This document shows positions 60,511 to 64,000 of a stretch of DNA of 64,000 nt, one piece after another (position 1 is the first letter of the stretch; every line of letters starts with the position of its first letter). Position numbers and translations under genes: made by a program. The notes below the pieces were generated by a model, which had not been told where the DNA came from, made no database searches, and worked only from the letters and a program-made list of their open reading frames with translations. Origin of the DNA: Selaginella moellendorffii (lineage: Eukaryota > Plantae > Lycopodiophyta); contig NW_003314286.1 in NCBI RefSeq assembly GCF_000143415.4, positions 697,766 to 761,765 of the forward strand. Reading direction: 5' to 3'.

Positions 60511-61518
60511 CTATCTGGCTCGGCGGCGCTTCATTTGCGAGCAGTCCGGGCAGTACCACTTGCCTTTAGGCCGCTCGCGAACTCCTGCGCACTCAAAGTG
60601 AAACCACTCGATTTTACACTGCGTGGAAAGAAACAATGAAAACTTAGTCCATGAACAAGTGCTTGGTCGATTGAAACTTACGTCCGGGTTGTCACAAGCG
60701 ATCATCTCTCCGTATGAGACTTGGTTACAGAGGCAATACGTTGGCTCGTTTGGATCGACAGGTATGTCGAGATCTGTGCTGGGATTTTGTCTATCGTCCT
60801 CCCTGCACGAACTAGTGAGCCGAAAAATAGCTTGGAAGGAACACTTCTTTACCCTGTAGCTCCAACATCCGCTTGTTGTTCGTCTCCTCCTTGCAAATCC
60901 TTTGCTGGTGTTTTTACAATCCCCAAATTATGTCACAAAACGAGACCACGTCACGCGTTATACCTTGCTCACAGTCTTCCTTGTACTTTTTGAGATACTT
61001 GTCAAGCCGCTGGATGTAATTGTCGACCTTGACACACAGCAGCTTTCTAAATGCGAGAAAGAAAGGAAGAAAGCTATAAGCCGATAGAGAGCGTACCATG
61101 TCATACGTTGAAAGAGCGAGTGCTACTTTCTCGTTTGCGACATCCACACAGGTCTTGTGCACCGAGGCAATGCTGCTTGCGTATTTGTTCGCCACAGCTT
61201 CCGCTGCGGCTCCTCCAGCTTTTAAAACTTGCTTGACATCTTCCAGGCCGTGAGCACAGCATCCATGCATTTGTCTTTGAAGCTCTACGAGAAAATCACG
61301 TAAGGAAGAGAAGATTCTAACAAGTGGAAAGAATTACCATTTTGTTGCTCATCGAGCTGCCGAATAAGCGAATAGTTTTGTTGGAGCTCCGCTGGTAGCG
61401 ATGCTGTGCCTAAAGAACGCAGCGATGCTACGTAAGCGCGAGAAAAAGGAAAGACAATGAGAAAAAAACTTTGATACTTACTTCCTATAAAATCTTCGAG
61501 GAAGGAAATGCCGGTCAT
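60511..61518 (-). CDS. ING1: PHD finger protein ING1-like (multi-exon)
   Basis: [24 protein letters not shown]; [25 protein letters not shown]|[21 protein letters not shown]. Confidence 0.93.
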
Positions 61519-61717
61519 GACCTCTACAGTGATCCTCAAGGCTACACAAGAAAAAATCCGCCTCAAACCACATCTAGCAAGCTCGGACCAACGCACCGCC
61601 ACCAGATCGACGCTTACAAGCTAGAATTTCTTGCCTGATCGACCGATCGAGCCCCAGGATCTATGCCTTGTGTTGCCCACAGTGAACTTTGCCCTAACCC
61701 TAACCCCAGGGGTTAGG

Positions 61718-63351
61718 ATGGGTTTTAAGCTCCTTTCCCTCCCATCTCGCTCGCGATGGCGATGGCGGCGATGCTACTCCACCAAGTTTGTCCCGCTCCT
61801 CCGGCACCAGGCCGAGAAGATCATCGACAGCGCCGAGCCGCCGGTGAGTCGATTCCAGGATTCCGCGCTCCTGGGAGAGGCCGCTCGGCTCGCGAGTCTC
61901 GATCCATCGGAGATGAAGCTCGTCAGGCCGCTCAAGCTCGTCTACATTCCTTCCGAGGAGGTGCCAGTGCTCTACAATGCGGGGCCTAGGGACGCCGTCG
62001 GCCGCGTGTGGGGTGATAGCATGCTGGAAATTCTCAAGAGCCTGGGAAGCGAGAAGAAAGACGTGCTATGGCAGGTATTTTGATCGTTCTTTTGCTCGCG
62101 GTTCTAGATTTCTTGTGAGTTCTTGTGCTTGGTTGGATCTTTGCTGTGCATTTTCTTCGACCATCGTCCTTTTTTTGTCATAGATGGATCATCCACATTA
62201 ATTTATCCATTAGATGCTTCAGTTTTTCCTATGCTTCTCTATTCATGCTCTTCATCTTGTCCTCCCTTTCACTGTGGCAGCGTCAGTGTGGACAAAGGCA
62301 TGCATCATCGCCGCCCAGGATTTCATCCATTAGTTTATGTTCTTAGTGATTCACTCTTGTCCTCCATTAGTTTACGTTCTTGGTGATTCACAAGATATTT
62401 TGTTTCTCTTACGCTCAGGAAACTCATAAGTTTTTATCTTGCCAGCAATGCGATGATTCCATGCTGAGCGCGCTGGAGCTCATTGGCTCGATATCACACA
62501 TCGAGCCTGGCACCAGAGTGGTGAGTAATGAAGACAGGTCGCGGCAGTTCGTGATAGTGGACCTCAAACAGAAGGAGGAAATGTGTCGCAAGCTCGAACT
62601 GCTTCCTACGGACAGGCTCGTCACGGGTCTCGCGCTGTGTACCGTGCCTCGCAGGGCTCTCGAGCTGGGTGCGTTTGAGCCAGTCAAGACCAGCGGCGAT
62701 CAGGTGGAGCTCAAGATCAACGAGACGAAGCTTATCCTCCAGAGCGTAGAGAGGCACGTCCGGCTGAGGGAGCTCGGTCTCCAGGACTGGCTGAATCTCA
62801 AAGCTTGCGCTGGAACACTGGTGGTGAGGCACTGCGCGGTCGTAGACTTGAGCTGGCTGGGTGCCACCAGCAACGTTGGCTTGTTCTGGCCGGTTCGCGA
62901 CTCAAAGTTCCTCAGCCTGGTACAGAGACTCCTACGCGATATCAGTATCCGGACTCGTGGTTTCTGCGCACAGTGGGGTCCTTTCCAAGCCTCCAACATC
63001 CGTGAAGTGAGAATCGTCCCCCTGGAAGACATCACAGAGCTAGAGCGCGTAAAGTTTGTGGAGCCGAGGTGGTTGTCAAGCAGGGAGATTGTTCCGCGTC
63101 GCTCCAGCTTGCCAGCCGCGGCCGGCAAGAGAACTCTAAGGATTCGGGAGCCCATAGTTGGTCCAGGATACCGGCCCCGACCGAGATACTGGTATCGTCT
63201 ACTCCAGGTGAAGCCACAGGACATGAAAGACTCGGATGGCGGACACCATGGATTCCGTGAGGTCCCGATACATATGGCAAACAGGAAGAAGCTCAACAGG
63301 ACGCAGCGGATAAAGTTCGGGTTGATCAAGCCAAGAAAGAAGGGACAGTAA
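61718..63351 (+). CDS. Unknown protein, probably organelle-targeted, 2 exons (61718-62073, 62419-63351)
   Basis: Arg/Ser/Leu-rich N-terminus (MGFKLLSLPSRSRWRWRRCYST), CAG|GT donor near 62074, long second exon. No family recognised. Confidence 0.6.
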
Positions 63352-64000
63352 AAAGCATGGTTTTGGGAGAGCTCAGCCGGCACGAAGTTTGGTCTGGTGG
63401 TAATTAACTGCGGTCTACTTTGGAGAATGCTCATCAGGTGACGTACCAACGAATTAAATGGCTCCACCATACAACGCCGTTTGCGGTGAAAAGGGAGCCG
63501 ATGTGTGAGCCGAGACGGTGAAGAGAGGAGAGGAGCGAAGCCACTTCTACTGTCACTCCACTGCTCCGAGTTCCTGCTCCGCCTGTACAACACCGGGTTT
63601 GGTTCTCTTCCCTCCACTCACTCCTTATGCGTTAGATTTCTTACTCTCTTGTCTCTTTCTATCGCTCTCTCGATCTCACTTGCTTTCTCGGTCACTTGTG
63701 TTCTTAGAGTGTGCGGCATTTGGCTGTTTCGCGGAATGGGTCCGAGCACTTAGCTTCTGGAATGTGAGGGACCGGTCGTGAAATCGGGAGAGCAACTTGG
63801 GCGTTACAAGTCGATCGAGGAGCTTTCGCTTTTCCAATCTACATTCTGGTATTTCACTGCTTTCACTCTTTATGTGAATTCCTTTACTGTTTGCGGCCTT
63901 GCTCGTGCTTGCTTGCAGGTAGAAAAGCTATGGTTGTTGCAATGCGGGAGTTCGACATGGAGCACCCGTATGACGTGATCGACAATTGCTCGGCCGACAA

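Overview
Eukaryotic plant DNA with very short introns (about 50-60 bp) and dense genes, consistent with a compact lycophyte genome such as Selaginella (inference). The left half (1-32 kb) is transposon-rich. It holds two copies of a segmentally duplicated block (a short-LTR Copia element in an intron of a Maf-like pseudogene, next to an actinoporin/bryoporin-like gene), a probable solo LTR and a decayed PIF/Harbinger element. The main feature is a complete ~13.9 kb DNA transposon (8750-22612) with 24-bp TIRs and a 4-bp TTAT target duplication. It encodes a Sola-like DDE transposase on + and, divergently on -, a large multi-exon accessory gene with a ParB/DGQHR-like domain, a degenerate N4/N6 DNA-methyltransferase-like segment and an FCP1-like HAD phosphatase. 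About 28 copies of a 22-bp palindrome (ATGGCRTGNGGCCNCAYGCCAT) are scattered through the element, concentrated in its introns and spacers. The right half (34-64 kb) holds host genes (PUB62-like U-box, PSI/DUF668, F-box, GPAT, ING1, an unknown gene) and a mosaic tandem duplication carrying two intronless genes for unknown membrane proteins. All calls are by eye; no searches were run.
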